In this document: positions 12,810 to 26,775 of the stretch, in pieces | How the letters are laid out: each line of letters opens with the position of its first letter | Position numbering within the stretch: the stretch's first letter is position 1 | Assembly: GCA_011109175.1 (NCBI GenBank) | Contig: RDEW01000021.1 | Span: 135,080 to 199,079 of the forward strand | Reading direction: 5' to 3' | Source of the DNA: Dicyema japonicum | Lineage: Eukaryota; Animalia; Dicyemida | DNA: 64,000 nucleotides | The notes under the pieces: model-generated | The model's input: only the letters and a program-made list of their open reading frames with translations | Databases searched by the model: none | Told to the model about the DNA's origin: nothing | Translations under genes and position numbers: made by a program

Positions 12810-13980
12810 CTGCTCCAAATAATGTGCAAGCTAACAACCTAATGAAATATTACGCATCCATAAGTCACAAGGACTTCTCGAAATCCCATTCTTGTCACCT
12901 TCGAATTTAATACCTAAACCAACTTTGTGGATCAATTTATTTACGCATGCCGAGGTCACACAGGCTATAAGATCGATGAAGAGATCTTATACGTGTGGTC
13001 CTGACGGCATTCCGGGATATTTGCAAAAACACCTTGGTAATGTTGCAATCAATTCGATTACGTCAATTTTTAATTTGTCTTCTAACATGAACGTCAATCC
13101 TATGCAAATGGAAGAACTCACTTATAATACCAATCCTAAAACCAGGAAAATCGAAAACCTTACCTTCTTCCTTCCGTCCAATTTCATTAGCGCGCATTAT
13201 CGCGCCTAATGGAGAAACTCGTACTCTGGAAAATTAAACCCCATTTGCCCGACTGCCACTTTCAACATGGTTTCAACTGTGAGCGTTCAACTACGACACA
13301 TTTGACTTCACTGTCTTAATTTATATCAGAAGGCTTCAACGACCGAAACTCCATCTACGTACAATAGTGGTCTCCCTGGACATCCAGAAGGAGTTCGATT
13401 CTGTCCCAAGAACATTACTTACGAAAAAGGTTTTTGACACAACCATTCAGCCGGCTTTGAAAAGATGGATAGCCAATTTTCTCTTCCGGAAGAAGACGTG
13501 TCTGCATAGGCCACGCAAGATCGAGTCCCGTCTCCTACCAAATGCGTCCCTCAAGGATCGCCCCTCTCTCCGGCGTTATTCAACTTATTCCTAAACGATT
13601 TACCCTGCCCTGGAGGACCAGATTCAATGCTTCTCACTTATGCTGACGACCTAATCATCGCTAGCAGGAACAAATACGTGGGTACAGCAAAATCAGACCT
13701 TCAGTCACATATTGACGACCTGGGAGCCTGGTTGAGGTTGAATCGTCTTTCCATATACAGGGATAAATCAACTTATACAATCTTCACCACGGACAAAAAG
13801 AAAAACATACACTGCATTTATGGAGACTCCTTACCATTACAAATTCGTCCAACTATCCTGGGAGTGACATTTGACCCTTTGATGACATTTTCTCAACATG
13901 TGAAGAACGTTATGACAAAGGGTCTCAGGAAACTAACACGAAATTTGGGGAAAAATATTCATTATTCCTGAGTTATACAA
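12810..13980 (+). mobile_element. Decayed LINE RT fragment (same group as 7120-9975)
   Basis: CGPDGI, QHGF, DIQKEFDSV, YADD and PTILGVTFDPLMTF motifs in broken ORFs. Confidence 0.8.
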
Positions 13981-14789
13981 GAGTTTAATCCATATTTAAG
14001 GGACTAAATATGATTGTGGTGACGTCCCTCTAACACAATTCATGATTTATCGCTTTGTTAAAAAAAATTTTCATTTTTAACCTTCGGTTTATTCAACGAG
14101 ATGTAAGATCTTATTGAATATGGTGTACCCGTCTGCTGCCTGAAGAGACCAAATGGATCATGAATATTAGTAAGTAAAACTTAATGCTCATCAAATCGAT
14201 CATTCTTAACGTGGACTTAGTTTTGCATACACAAGAAGATACGACCAAGCGTGACCATGACTTGAAATGTTAATGACTATTATTTCTTGACGAGCGTCTC
14301 AATAATAATTAAAGATTTCACTGATCAACAATATTCAGGGGTAGAATTGGTAGAAAACAAATATATAAGAGAACAGACTGGTCATAGAGAACTGGTCACG
14401 TGGATAGAAGATCTTATTGGTTGGTTGCTAACAGAATTTCCTAAAGAAATTGAAATTAGATCTTAAAACGTAAAATTGAGAAAAAAATCAAAGTAGGTAA
14501 TCAAAATTCCATAAGGGTACTTGAATCAAAAAACATTGTCAAAAAAGTGAGGGAACCAGATATGAAGAATTTTAGTTTCTGAAAATTTCGATAATCATCC
14601 TGTTAAATGGCGTGACCTCAATGCTAATTTCAAAAACTTTCCACTTTAATCATTTCTAGTCGCTAATACAAGATCCCAGAGATGGGGGACAATGGGAGAC
14701 ACCAGGTAAAACAATCAAATCTTGATTTTTCAAACTGCTTATTCAAAAACTCTTTTTACAATTGCAATAATAAAATATTTATTTCAAGT

Positions 14790-15250
14790 CTCCAAGCACA
14801 TGCGGGATAAAGAATCAGCGGAACACCATAACAGTCGGTTAACCGAAATAAGGACACGTGCACAACAAATGCGGGCTGACGAATCAGCAGATCAGTCGGT
14901 TAACCAAATTTAGAACACATGCCCATCAATTCCGGGCTGTGGAGGTCCCAGAAAAAACTAACGTCGAAGCTCGCGACAAGCCCTCCGCAGGAGCTAGACC
15001 ATGTGCACGCGGACTGAATCATTTTTTATTCATTTCATGAATTGACTGATTACACAAATTGACTGCATCATATACTTTGCCTGATATGATTATCCGCAGC
15101 AAGAGTGGCAGGACTAGATATAGCCTCTGTCTCACGGATGACCGAATCGTCGAGGAACAGAGAAAGATCATAAGGGCAGCCAAAAGCCCAGACACATCTC
15201 TTCATGAAGCACTCTCAAGATACATCGCAAAGCATCGAAAACCGTGACCA
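14790..15250 (+). mobile_element. Possible Helitron N-terminal remnant
   Basis: Imperfect 60-70 bp repeats encoding R..ES.E...RL-type repeats, plus DMIIRSKSG; weak. Confidence 0.25.
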
Positions 15251-16149
15251 ATTAGGCGGGCTACAGTAGACAACCATATTACTTCGAAATTCACATTTGT
15301 TAGATCACCAACTCAATAATCTTTGATTTATCTATAATGTTCACAGATATTCATTTTAAGAAATCCTTCGTTGAGCTTTGGCGAAATTTAATGGACAACT
15401 CCCAAGCTCTATGCTAAAATCAAATTTATGAATTCAAAGCTTGTCCAAGAAAATTTTCCCAATTTTGTGGGTTCTTAGGAAAAAAGGCTGAGAAACGCTG
15501 TGCTAAATAATTTTTTAGTTTCGAGCTAAGAATGACGATTTCGAAGTGAGATGTGTTTATTTCATCAGAGATCTCAGATGGAAAGGAGATTGGAAGTTTA
15601 AGAGTTTGCTAGGAGAAATAAAATAAACTAAAGAATTCGAAAAGGATGCCTTGTCTTGAAAATGAGATAGCTGTTATTAAGAGATGATGTTATCCCCTCC
15701 TACAGTCTCATATCCCTATCAAATGCAACTTGCCTGACGACCCTAACAAAACTCATATCTGATGGCCTACAATGTAAACACAATGATTCTGACATTCTTG
15801 GGTGACATAATCATTGCATCTAGAGGCCAATGTGTCCAGAAAGTCATCATCTGTTAGACCTGTTCGATCTCCTGAACAGATAGTTAGAGTCAAACTCATC
15901 ATCCACAAGCGCGGAGAAATTCCGCATGCAATGTTAACCTCAAATAGAAGGCTGACTCACGTAATCTCTGATTCTCAATGACAACCAAATCCCATGTACG
16001 GGAGTTACTTCGGAATATGCAAATACACTCGACCCTCACAAATTGACCACATTTTAAAAATTTTTTTAGAAAAAATCCTATTCTCCTTATTTTTAAAAAT
16101 AAAAATTTAATTAACACATGTCTTATAATTTCTCTCGTGGACGCTATAC

Positions 16150-17200
16150 TCGGATACTTTTAATGAAAAAACTCATATTGTTAATTATAAAGAAGAAAAT
16201 GATGATATTTCGTGCCAGCGATTAGTTGATAGATTCTCAAGCAGTTCCGAAAGGATAATATCTAAAAAAACAATAAATAATCTTTTACTGAAGAAGGACA
16301 CTATTTTGAAAGATTTTATAAATTATCAACCGACTGAGTTACAACTTAGTAATTTCAAAAATTCTGATGGATTCTTGGATAAATTCAAAGAGACACGGAT
16401 TCAGAATGCGCAAGTTACACGGAGAAATGCGAAAAGATAAATCTGTTGACATTTAAGCCTTTTTTGAAGACTTTAAAGAAATTTCAAAAACATATAAACC
16501 CGACCAATCTATAATCTGGTTGAAATTGGGTTTTGCTATAAGCTCATTTCATCGAATAGCATCTGCAGAAACCGATTTCAAAGTTACAAAAATTTTAAAG
16601 ACCGTTTCAATTATGCCATGTTCAAACGCATAAATTGAAACCAGTGATGACTTTAAGACCAAAATGCCTCGATGTTTTCGCAATTATGCCTACAGATGCT
16701 CCTGCCATAGTTCACAAAGAGCTTGGGTGACTGGATTAATATTTTTGGATTGGTTGATTAATTTTGATGTTCAGATCAAGAATAAAAAAAACGAATTTTA
16801 ATACTGATTGAAACTGACCTGCCCATTGTATTTTGCCGAATTTAAAATATATAAAAATATTGTTTCATCCAAAAAATAGCACGGGGTTGCTTCAACCCAT
16901 GGATATTGGCATCATAAAATTTTTCAAGAGTAATTTTACCAGACGCAAGTTAATCTAGTTTTTAATAACTCCAATAACGAAATTCTTGAAATCGATATTA
17001 ATGATACAATAATCAAAAGAGCAGACATTTTCGATCCTCTCAAAGTTGAGGATTTTTTAAATCTTGAATGCACGGAAAATGAAACATTTATTGAAAATAA
17101 AAATTCTTTAAAAGATTCAGAAAATAATGAACAAGAATCTGAAAAAACAAGGCATACAGACAAAGTGGATATTGCAGTTGATTAACTGCAATTGAGAGGG
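16150..17200 (+). mobile_element. Tigger/pogo-like transposase remnant
   Basis: FK.S.G.LDKFK.RHG, AWVT..IF.DWL..FD and LQPMDIGII..FK motifs. 16220-16330 is homologous to 56390-56500 (minus). Confidence 0.75.
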
Positions 17201-18619
17201 AACTCTTAGCCAATGTTGAGATAAAGTTTCTCTAATTTCTTCAATAAGAAAGTACAAAGCAAGTATTATTGAAGGAAAGAAAAACAATTAGGAATTACAT
17301 TTTATTTTAATAAAACTTAAATACATTTTTTTGTTCATTTAAGGCAATTATTTGCTCATTGTTCTTCAAAATTATTGATTTTATTTTTCCAAATTGGCCA
17401 CAAAATTCTAAGGAACCAAAAATGGCCGATTTGCGAGGGTCGAGTGTATTAGTATTTCGTCCCAACGAAAAGTGACATTTGTTAAGACACTTCTCGAAAA
17501 CTAAATCATTCTCATCCATGCTACGTTCTCTATTCAAGTAATACATAGAACCAACCACCAAATAAGGCTGCCCATGGAAAACTAATTTGGCTGATACGAA
17601 CGTGAACAAGAACGAAAATTTCCAATCCACAGTCATCAAAACTCTACGGATGTCTTACGTAACAGATCTAATCCATTTTGAGCTTCCTGTCAAGAAAATG
17701 GGCACAGGCTTTATCTCACCCGAAAATACAGGAGTTATTGCAGGGAGACTGAAAGCCCCTGAATTCTTTAATTGGATTACCGGAAATTGCCTCAACAAAC
17801 AAAAGACCCTACATGACAACTCTCTTCTCGAGGGAAAGTGGCCGATACCTCATCTGAAATGCTACCTGTGTTGATAGCTTCTCCTTTCCAAACATGCACT
17901 GACTGCAAATTACCCAGAATCAGTCTTGGAAATGGTCGAAACCCTTACGAAAGTCTCGTTAAACAGATCATTTTCGAATCGGGCACATTATATACATTTG
18001 AGGTCACTTTTCGAATCGGGCACTATACCTCAATTTTGATGGAATTTGGGTAAATCTCTAATATACAAGTCAGCAAATGAATTAGTCATCTGAGTTTAAA
18101 TACAATGTTCAAAACACGTCACAACCTCTCCAAAGTCGGTGGATTTAAATGGGAAGTCGATTTACTATAAATCACCCGAATTCAGCATAATTTCATCTTC
18201 GATAATAATGGCTCATTAAAGCCCCAAATCTCACCTCGGAAAAATTATCAAACTGTACCTCATTTGATGATTTTAATATAAATTTTCCTATTATCCTATC
18301 AAACATTTAAAAAATAACAACAAAAATCATAAGTTCTAGAAAAACGCGGAAGATTCTAGAATTTCTTAAAAGCAATCGTATTTCTCGTCATTTTATGGCG
18401 AATTCAAAAATTCTCTTAAGCGTCGGATTCAGGAAGTTTGACCAAAATTCTAAACCGACAAAGACGACGACAGAGAGAGAGATTCACCCGTCCAATGAAA
18501 TCAGTAACTGAGGATAGCATAATTACTTCAAAATTGAAAGACTGGCCAAAAGTCAGAGCATAAAATTAATGCGTAATCGATTAGGCGAGATAGCATATAA
18601 TTTACTCCCCAGCCAATTT

Positions 18620-20160
18620 AATGAGGTGTAATTAAGCCGTAATTCTTAATTAGTAATGTTAAAAATTTGGAGACTTCAACTCTGCCATTTCGGGTGCAGT
18701 CTCCGACAAGCAGAAAAACTTGAATTCGTAGTTCTTCCTAATTGACTGTATTTGGAAGTCATCGTATTCACCACACTTCATCTTTGGCGTATAAAAGAAC
18801 ATCCTCCCCTCACGACCTCCAACTTTGACCACCCAAGACTCCTCAAATTTGACCTGTACACGTCAAATATTATTATGGAGTACCCCATGTGGACTAAAAC
18901 ATTAAAATAACAGAATACACGAAATCCCGCCAACATAGCAATATTTCCGAGGAAATCAAGACTTTCAACCCCCACAGGAATTGTAACGTAAACGAACCCC
19001 GTCACAGCCCTCACAGATCTGAGTACTTCAAGATCTGAAGCCATTAGATCCCCACTAGAATATTTACCTTGAATAGAGTACCCAGTTGGGAGGTAAATCA
19101 GACTCCCCTCAATTATTAGGCAATCCTCAAAGTCGTGGATGTTCGAATGAGTAATTTCAGTAATCTTCCCATTTCTGTAGGTCGAGCATACTAGAGTGAT
19201 CAGGGAGAACAAACCATAAGGAGTTCTACCAGAACTGACCCTCAAGCAGACATTCCTGAAGGCAATCTCCCCGGGAGACAGAAACCTGAGAAAATCTATA
19301 CTCCACATATACTGAGGCATAAGGAAGAGGTGATATACCTTTATTGATATAATTAGAGGTCCTGGTGGTCTTCGATTTGACACAAATTGCAGCACTTCCC
19401 TTCAATATGCATTGATCAGCACATATTCTATGGCAACGGAGTCTCTTAACTAGTAGAATATTGATAATCAAATGAACGGATCTGGCACTCATTCTCGACC
19501 AGCAGTAGGATTTGTGATTGTAGCCTTGGCAGTGAGGGGGACATGGTGTTTCTGCTGGATTATTTATTCAAATGGCACTTTCGGGGGGAAAATCAGTCAC
19601 AATCTTCTGTCTCGACTTGTCAACGACAAATTCTTCAAAGGATATGGCTCTAATACTGCGGAATCCCTTCACATTCCTCACATAAATGGATCCCCTGGAT
19701 ACTTCTACGATCAGAAATCAAATTATCAAACCAGCAAGTGATCGAACGTCGAAATTCTCTATTTGGGAGTCCGAGATCATGATCCCTCTGCCAACGAAGA
19801 GATTATTCCCCATGATCAAGCTCAGATTGGACAATTTCAGTTCCTTGGTAGTAACATTATATATTAGAAGGTAGTCAGTTATCTTCAGTCTTCATTATAA
19901 GAAAACCTCACGAATTCCTCCTAGAAAATCGAGAGTCTCGTTTTGCTGGAGGCCACATGAGTTATTTCCAGTGGACCCACCACTTTGGTGCAACCTCCGT
20001 ATATGCTTCTGTACAACCTGACTCGATCCACACCAGAAGAAGTCGACAAACCATTTGTTATGGAATAACAAACTACCATACAACAGAATAAGACCTTTCT
20101 TGTCGACCCTTGTCTGTGAAATACGGAATATGTCAGGAAAAGTGTCAGAAGCAGCGACAT
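18620..20160 (-). CDS. EGFR/ErbB-like ectodomain (signal-L1-short CR1-L2); no TM or kinase visible; contains frameshifts
   Basis: VCYSITNGL..CTKVVGPLEITHV..LDFLGGIREITDYLLI (L1), CPPHC..CW..ECQ (furin-like), NIHDFEDCLIIEGSL..LRSVRAVTGFVYV..SLDFLGNI..LRSLG (L2). Introns of 24, 27, 24, 28 and 27 nt. At least 3 frame breaks. Confidence 0.75.
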
Positions 20161-20559
20161 TACACACGAAATGGCGTTCTTGGGTGATTTTCGTGTTTAT
20201 ATAGTGACCGAACGATCAATTTTTCGCGCTTATAATAATTACAGCTGTCGGCTGAATCTGTGCCTGTAATTGAGAGTGCTTTGAGGGAGAATTGTCTTTT
20301 CGACATTCTTAAGTGCCTTAGGGCGATTAATGACAAATTGGGGGAATTAGTGCTGTTTTATTAAATTTCATGTCAGATTTTAATGAAATTTATTTCCTTG
20401 TTGTAAAAGTGCATGCAGACTTGGAACTTGTATTATTCGGAATTATCAATTGAAACACTCGGATTATTGGAGGATGAATCATTTTCTTTGATTTGCATGA
20501 TATTTACATATTGAAAGTCGAACTTGATAATTTTCAATTTATTTCCAATATTCTATTTA

Positions 20560-21130
20560 GGTAACTTGCGGTCGTGGGGATACCCGGTTCAATAAGTTTT
20601 CTGAAAAGAACACGAGTCATCGCAGCTAAAATTTGCGGCGTTGGTCTCATAGATTTTCAACTTTCATGTCGAGTCATGGTGGACAAGCAAAGCGATCACG
20701 AACTTCTCCACCAAAGCATAATTATTGATAAAAAATTATTTGAATATTCCTCATTTTTGACGTAATCTTGCATTATGCCCATGATCAGAATGACGTAAGC
20801 GTAACTAAGACTTGTTATAAGGACCCAACAGACCATTGGATGTTCTTCGAAATGAACTCCTGGAAAGGTCTTGGATAACTTTAAAAGCCCCTTTACGACT
20901 AGCTTTGATTTTTAGGGAATTTGTCCAAGAGATGACTGGCCATCAAAATGTACACGCATATGATATGCATGGTTCTATGTACTGCTTGTAGACAGAATTT
21001 ATGACTGGGTGGTTTCCAACCCTCCACAATCCTGAGAGGCTTCAGAAGGTTGCCCTTTCTCACACTTAATAATTACGTTTTCTACGTGATGTGAAAATGT
21101 GCGCGTCGAAAGTGAACTCAAAGAACCACT
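20560..21130 (+). pseudogene. Unidentified decayed paralog of the gene at 57960-58770
   Basis: 20905-21105 aligns at roughly 80% (by eye) with 58335-58515 minus. Confidence 0.45.
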
Positions 21131-21590
21131 ATGAACTGTACTGTAGGAGGTCCACTATGGTGATATGCAAATTGGCATAATGCTAAATTGTCTTTTCCGG
21201 GAATTACTAGACACCTCATTTGTCTCCTTATGCCGTAACGGATAAAGTTACTCAGAAATTCCTACTGATATAAGATCTCATACAATTTCCCAATAAAGAC
21301 ACCACCATCTAAATTGACGTTTGAAATTACCCAATCCTGCAATCACATCCACAACACCAAAAAACCAACAAATACCATGCATTTAATCATCTCTGATCAA
21401 CCCATTTCTAAGGTAAACCACCATAAAGTAAATCCCAACTATCGTAAGAATACATAACATCTAATTACAACAATTAAAGACAATAATATCTACTACGTCA
21501 TTACCACAGTGACGTACATAACATAAAATTTGTTATATAAAAATATTTGTCTAGGCAAATGGAGTCCCCACACAAGGATCAAATTTATCA

Positions 21591-23205
21591 TTAAAGAAAG
21601 TTCCATATCATAATAGTGTCGTCATGGGAACAAGTCATTATTTGAAATTCGTCAAACATAAGTCTGAAAACCCTCCCAGAGTGCTCCTGAAGGGTCGCCA
21701 GACAGTTCTCCCTTTCATTCCAGTCAGGAGACATTATAGATCGGTAGTCCCATATCTTTATTTTCCTACAACTAATCATTCCCCCTTACGCGTCATAAGA
21801 TCCACTGATGATGTAGTCCTGGTTGAATCGAATACACCTCACCAGATCATCGTGCCCAGTCAGTACTCGCAAGCAGACTCCGTTCACAACGTCCCATAGC
21901 CTTATAGTCTTGTCTGAACTCCCACTAGCCACCACATCTCCTCTTTGGTGCAAACAGGCAATCCCCCGTTTGTGGCCGAACAGTTTCGCCGTTATTTGGA
22001 ATGTCTCCCTCGACCAAACCTTCCATTAAGCCAAGTCCATACTATTATTGAACGGTCCCCGGAAGCAGTCACAATGTAGGAATCGTTAAAATCCACAACA
22101 TTGACGGCGGCCCGATGTTCGGCAAGAACACTGACCTGAACGAAGCCCTTCCCCATTTTCTGAGTCCACACAATGGCCGTGTTGTCTTTGGAGCAAGTAA
22201 CGAGGATTTTGTCATCATACCTCAAATACAACACAGGTTGGGCATGACCATTAAGCTTCTGTACTTCCTCCCACCTCAGGATGTCCCACACTCTGAAATA
22301 CAAAGTCAAGGTACCTTATAGTACAGTCAGATGACCCTGAAATGATCTTAAGATCGTCAAACTGCAGACAAAGGACCGAACCGTTGTGACCGTGGAGGAT
22401 TTTTTCAATTCTTTTTTTCTTTATGTTCCAAATCTGCCTCATTGACTCCTCTAACCTTTATGGTGTTGTCCCTGTGCCCCGATATTATCTTTTCGCTATC
22501 ATATTGGAGACAGTAGACGCCGTCTGTCCCATTGAACAATATTCTCTCGGGAATGTAACGACCAGATCGCCAACGAGACCTCAAATTCTGCAAATCACGG
22601 GAATAGACGAACCTGGATCTCCCGGATAATATGGCGGTAAAGGCTTCGGTAGAAATCGAGGTTCTTCACCAACCGGTAGTCAGAGATATCGAAATATTTC
22701 ACCCCTAAGATTACAAACAGAGACAAACCAGCCTCGTCGCTCGACAATTCCCAACCAAACGGGGTCACTGGCGATTTTATTCTCAATCATCGTCTTCCAA
22801 CAAAAATGCATTCGTATAATCGAGAAAATCGAAGAGCATGTCCTTTCAAGATTAAGGATTGAGATGACATCCAAAGAATCGAGGATACCGTGCACCATTG
22901 TGACGTATCCACTCTCTATCGGTAAATTAGGACGTAATACGGTGAAGGGCCAATATTAGGTTGCAGTCCAGCAGAGGTTTCACGTAGTTGAGGATCTCTT
23001 CTATCTGTTGGTGACTCATTGTGCTTACAATGTGCCGAGTTATTAGGAGCTAAGTAATTAGGAAAATATTTTGGGGCATTTAATATCAACAATAGCAAAC
23101 CCTCTCATTTGAGTTCAAATCCTCCACTTTAGATAAGATTTCTTGGATCTTTTTACTATCTGTGGCATGAAAACTTATTATTTCGCCACTTGACTCCTCT
23201 GACAT
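21591..23205 (-). CDS. BTRC: beta-TrCP/Slimb F-box WD40 protein
   Basis: D-domain, F-box and 7 WD40 repeats ([67 protein letters not shown]). Introns of 51, 25, 24, 25, 22, 22, 23 and 24 nt. One 1-nt frame correction needed at 22702-22705. Confidence 0.95.
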
Positions 23206-23519
23206 TTTTTAAAAATTCCACAACAGTAAAAGTAAGTCAAAAAATTAATTACTGTTATTCAATTTTATATAATTTTTTAAAAATAATAAAATAAATAAAT
23301 TATAGTTACATTTAATTAAAATTTTATTTTTCTCATACTGCTATGTTATTATTTGTTGTAATTAAAGTGCTTCAATATTGCTTATTTGCGTCAAATGTGG
23401 TACCACTTATATTAGTTCATTCATTTATTCTATTTATGCTAAATTTGTTTAAACGTTGATTAGCCGCTGTGTTTCCTTGCCTTCATTCGTTTGATTTGTA
23501 ATTAAATTGAGATAATAAA

Positions 23520-24400
23520 CACATGATCGAGGGTCTCGGGGGTCTAACACATTAAAATGGAAGTCGACCACGTGGTAATTTGACAAATCCAGCCACTTTC
23601 ATATTCGTTCGATTTGCGATCGAGCAGAGGTTAAAAACTCATATCAAAGTGGTAGCAGACCACCTGCAAATTTTAAGAAGTTAGCCACTTTGCTTTCTAG
23701 CTGGCATCGTTCAATTGCCAGTCTGGTCCAAATTGAGGACCTTGGATGAGTCTGTCTTGAGGAGCCTGAGACATGTAAAATGCCCAAGCTTATGTTGATA
23801 AAATTATGACCTTATGGCTAGGGTTACTATCTACAGTCATAAACAGAAAAACCGAAGCTCCAACTGACTCATTTTCTTCCGTCGTGTGCAGCTCCAAAAT
23901 ACTGCTCGGGATTTTGCAGCTTATCAATAATCTGGTTAAATTAAGTTAAGACCCTGAATCTCCAACGTCGGTGGGAATTTTTGAGGAATTTTTTTAAAGC
24001 TTTGATTGAAATGCTCTAGAAATGATGTCGATGTCCAAGAACTTGCTTTCGATCTCTTCGCCTAAAATGACTTTTGAATTGACGACATACTTCTGTCCAG
24101 ATGGCAGGAGAGAGCTAATTAACGTCAAATTTGAATATATCCAGTTCCCAAGGTCAGAGAAAACGCGTCCTTTTTAAGAAGCAAGTCCATCCACACCCGA
24201 AATTGTGAAAAGAGAGTAGAAAAAAGGAAGAGCCTTTTTTTAATGCCGTAAGGCACTGATCGATCATATGACATTTTTTAGGATCCGAAAAAGGCACGAG
24301 CATTAAGAAATTCTTCAACCAGGTAGTTATCGGTGTAGCAATCGAACCCAAAACTAATCGCGACACGATTGACACCATTAACCACCAAAGGACGGTTATC
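23520..24400 (-). CDS. Hypothetical spliced gene, head-to-head with WDR4
   Basis: Coding-like composition with 21-25 nt GT-AG micro-introns (e.g. GTCATAATTTTATCAACATAAG); family not recognised; ends approximate. Confidence 0.4.
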
Positions 24401-24535
24401 CTAACTTGTTTTATAACTTTAGACGAGAAGGCAACATCTGAATTTTATTTGTTATTTTAAAATTTAAAAAAAATTTAAAAATATTTTTTAATTATATTAA
24501 TCAATATTTTAAATATTAACCTCGTTTTTATTCTG

Positions 24536-25827
24536 ATGAAGTTTATTTTTTCGAATACCTCCAGTTTGATGATGTTCACTAAAAAATAACATTTTAAGCA
24601 TGGACTTGTGGTATTTTCTGTTTTCACAATGCAGCTCAAATAAGGTGAAACTCATAAGTAACCCAATCCAGAGCAGCTCATTGGGAATCTTTTCATCACG
24701 TGGCACTTATTTTGCGCAAATTGAGGATCAAATTTTTAACAAAGTTAATGTTCTGAACCTAAAAGACGATTCCTTAGTTTTTATGTAATATATACCCATG
24801 TGTTTATTCTAGTAATGTTTCCAAAAGAATCTCAGCTATGCTATTCACCAACGATGAGAAAAATCTACTCATTGCCGACAAAAGGGGAGATGTATTTATC
24901 TCCGACCTTTCTGGGACTGAACTGGTTTTTCTGTGCAGTCACATCTCCTGCATTAATACCATGGTTATTGGTCTCCACTATTTGCTAGTGTACCATCGGA
25001 AATGACTTCTTTGCCACAGCAGACCGTTCAGGGAAAATCCGCGTTTCCTTCTTTCCCCCAAACTCTTATTTGATCGAATCCGTGCTCCTCGGCCATGTTG
25101 GGTACCATTTGTTTGTTAAAGAAGTCCTCTTCTTGACCTCGTTCCGTTTATGGGGGATACCTGGAGGATGATCTCAGTTGGAAAGGCTTTAAGTTATTTA
25201 TTATTGATAGGATTCGCTCTGCCTTTGGAATGTTCAATCGGGGGAACCCCTGTCCACTCACTGCTTCCCCGAGGAACCGAGATCGCACACGTGGTGGGGT
25301 ACACGTGAATTTTTTGTCTATTCGATGTTTGCCCTTGCGAGAATTTTAGAGATAACTTCATTTACACGGTTTCCGTTAAAAATGATGAGCTGGATTTTTT
25401 CGGACACTACAACATAGGTCACGTGGTTTTGGATATGGCTGCACATGGTGAAACTCTCCTGGTTTGCACAAGCGCACGTGCTCTTTTATCTTTCTATATA
25501 TCGGATGATGGAATTTTAAACGTATTTCGTATTGTTTTGATTAGAATGCTGAGTTAACTGATGATTTGGTGACTGCATTTGATTCCATCAAAAGTGATCT
25601 TCTCGATGTCCTTTCTTCTGACTGTGACGAGGAGTGTGAGGATTTTAAGAACTGATCTTCGTATTTTGTATTTGATTGTCACTTTTATTTATAAATTTGT
25701 TCTATTTGTGAATTTGGTGGTTATTGGATGTCTTTGTTATTTTGTGCGGCAAGCTTTTAGAGGTGGTGATGCGACTCTCACAATCATTGAAAAGGTTAAG
25801 ACTGTTATTAGAAAAATATCCTGGTAA
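24536..25827 (+). CDS. WDR4: WDR4/Trm82 tRNA m7G46 methyltransferase non-catalytic subunit
   Basis: LLIADKRGDV, FATADRSGKIRVS and IESVLLGHV match the WDR4 pattern; micro-introns; homopolymer frameshifts; ends approximate. Confidence 0.8.
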
Positions 25828-26701
25828 ATTTTCTATCAACTAACAAATTTTATAACAACACCTTTTTATTGAATCTTTTGTATAATAAAAATTTCATCCA
25901 GTAGGTTTATAATTTTTATTACTATTTCACAGTAAAATATCTGATTTTCTCATTCCTTCTACCGACTTTAGGATCAACAAGGTCACTAATGCTTACTCGA
26001 ATATGATTTTCATTGCATAAGTTGAACGTTAAGTTTACAAAACTTAACAACTGTTATCTAAGAATTAGAGGACATTTTAAAGACGTTGATCTTATTTTTT
26101 GATGGAAAAAAAATTATTGAAATTGATCCACCTAAAATAATTATGACCAAAATGGGAAGTTGTTGAATATTATGGTAAAAATTTTAAAATAACTAAGAGT
26201 TTTGACGGAAATAGAATTTTAATAGAAAGATGCTTGGAGGCAATCTATTAAAATGAACAACAGAGTAATTCTTCAAAATTTTTTAGATAAATATGCCATA
26301 AAGTCAAAAAAGTCAAAATTTTGACATTTTAAAGTCAATAAAGTCAATTTTTAGGTCAAAATTTCGAATTTATAAAGTGAAAAAACCGCCTAGTGATAAC
26401 ACAAAAAAGGTAAAATTTAAAAAATTTACCATTCTGTTATTTTGTATAAAAATCTAAAAAATGGTAGGAGAGAAAGGAGTTGGCTCATTGAGAACATTTC
26501 CTTAAAATCGTCAGGGGAAGTACGCTCTCGATTATGAGAGAGCCAGTAGTTGTTAACTGTTAGTTTTTTGCATCAAACCGTTTTTATTTAAAAAAAATAA
26601 AAATACTATATTTTAATTGAAACTGACAGCAATTAAGGTTCCCTTAGGAAAAGCTAGATTAGGTCTTGAGTGAGAAATAGAACAGCCTTGGTGAGTAAAA
26701 A

Positions 26702-26775
26702 TGCCCCGAGTGGGACTCGAACCCGCGACCTTCGCGTTATTAGCACGACGCTCTAACCAACTGAGCTACCAGGGC
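26702..26775 (-). tRNA. tRNA-Ile(AAT)
   Basis: 74-nt cloverleaf GCCCTGGTAGCTCAGTTGGTTAGAGCGTCGTGCT-AAT-AACGCGAAGGTCGCGGGTTCGAGTCCCACTCGGGGCA with A and B boxes, followed immediately by a T5 Pol III terminator. Confidence 0.97.

Noticed and set aside
23520-24400. ZPR1 assignment for the unknown gene
   Set aside because: Only TNMK matched; the CxxC pairs and DDPxGNS motifs are absent.
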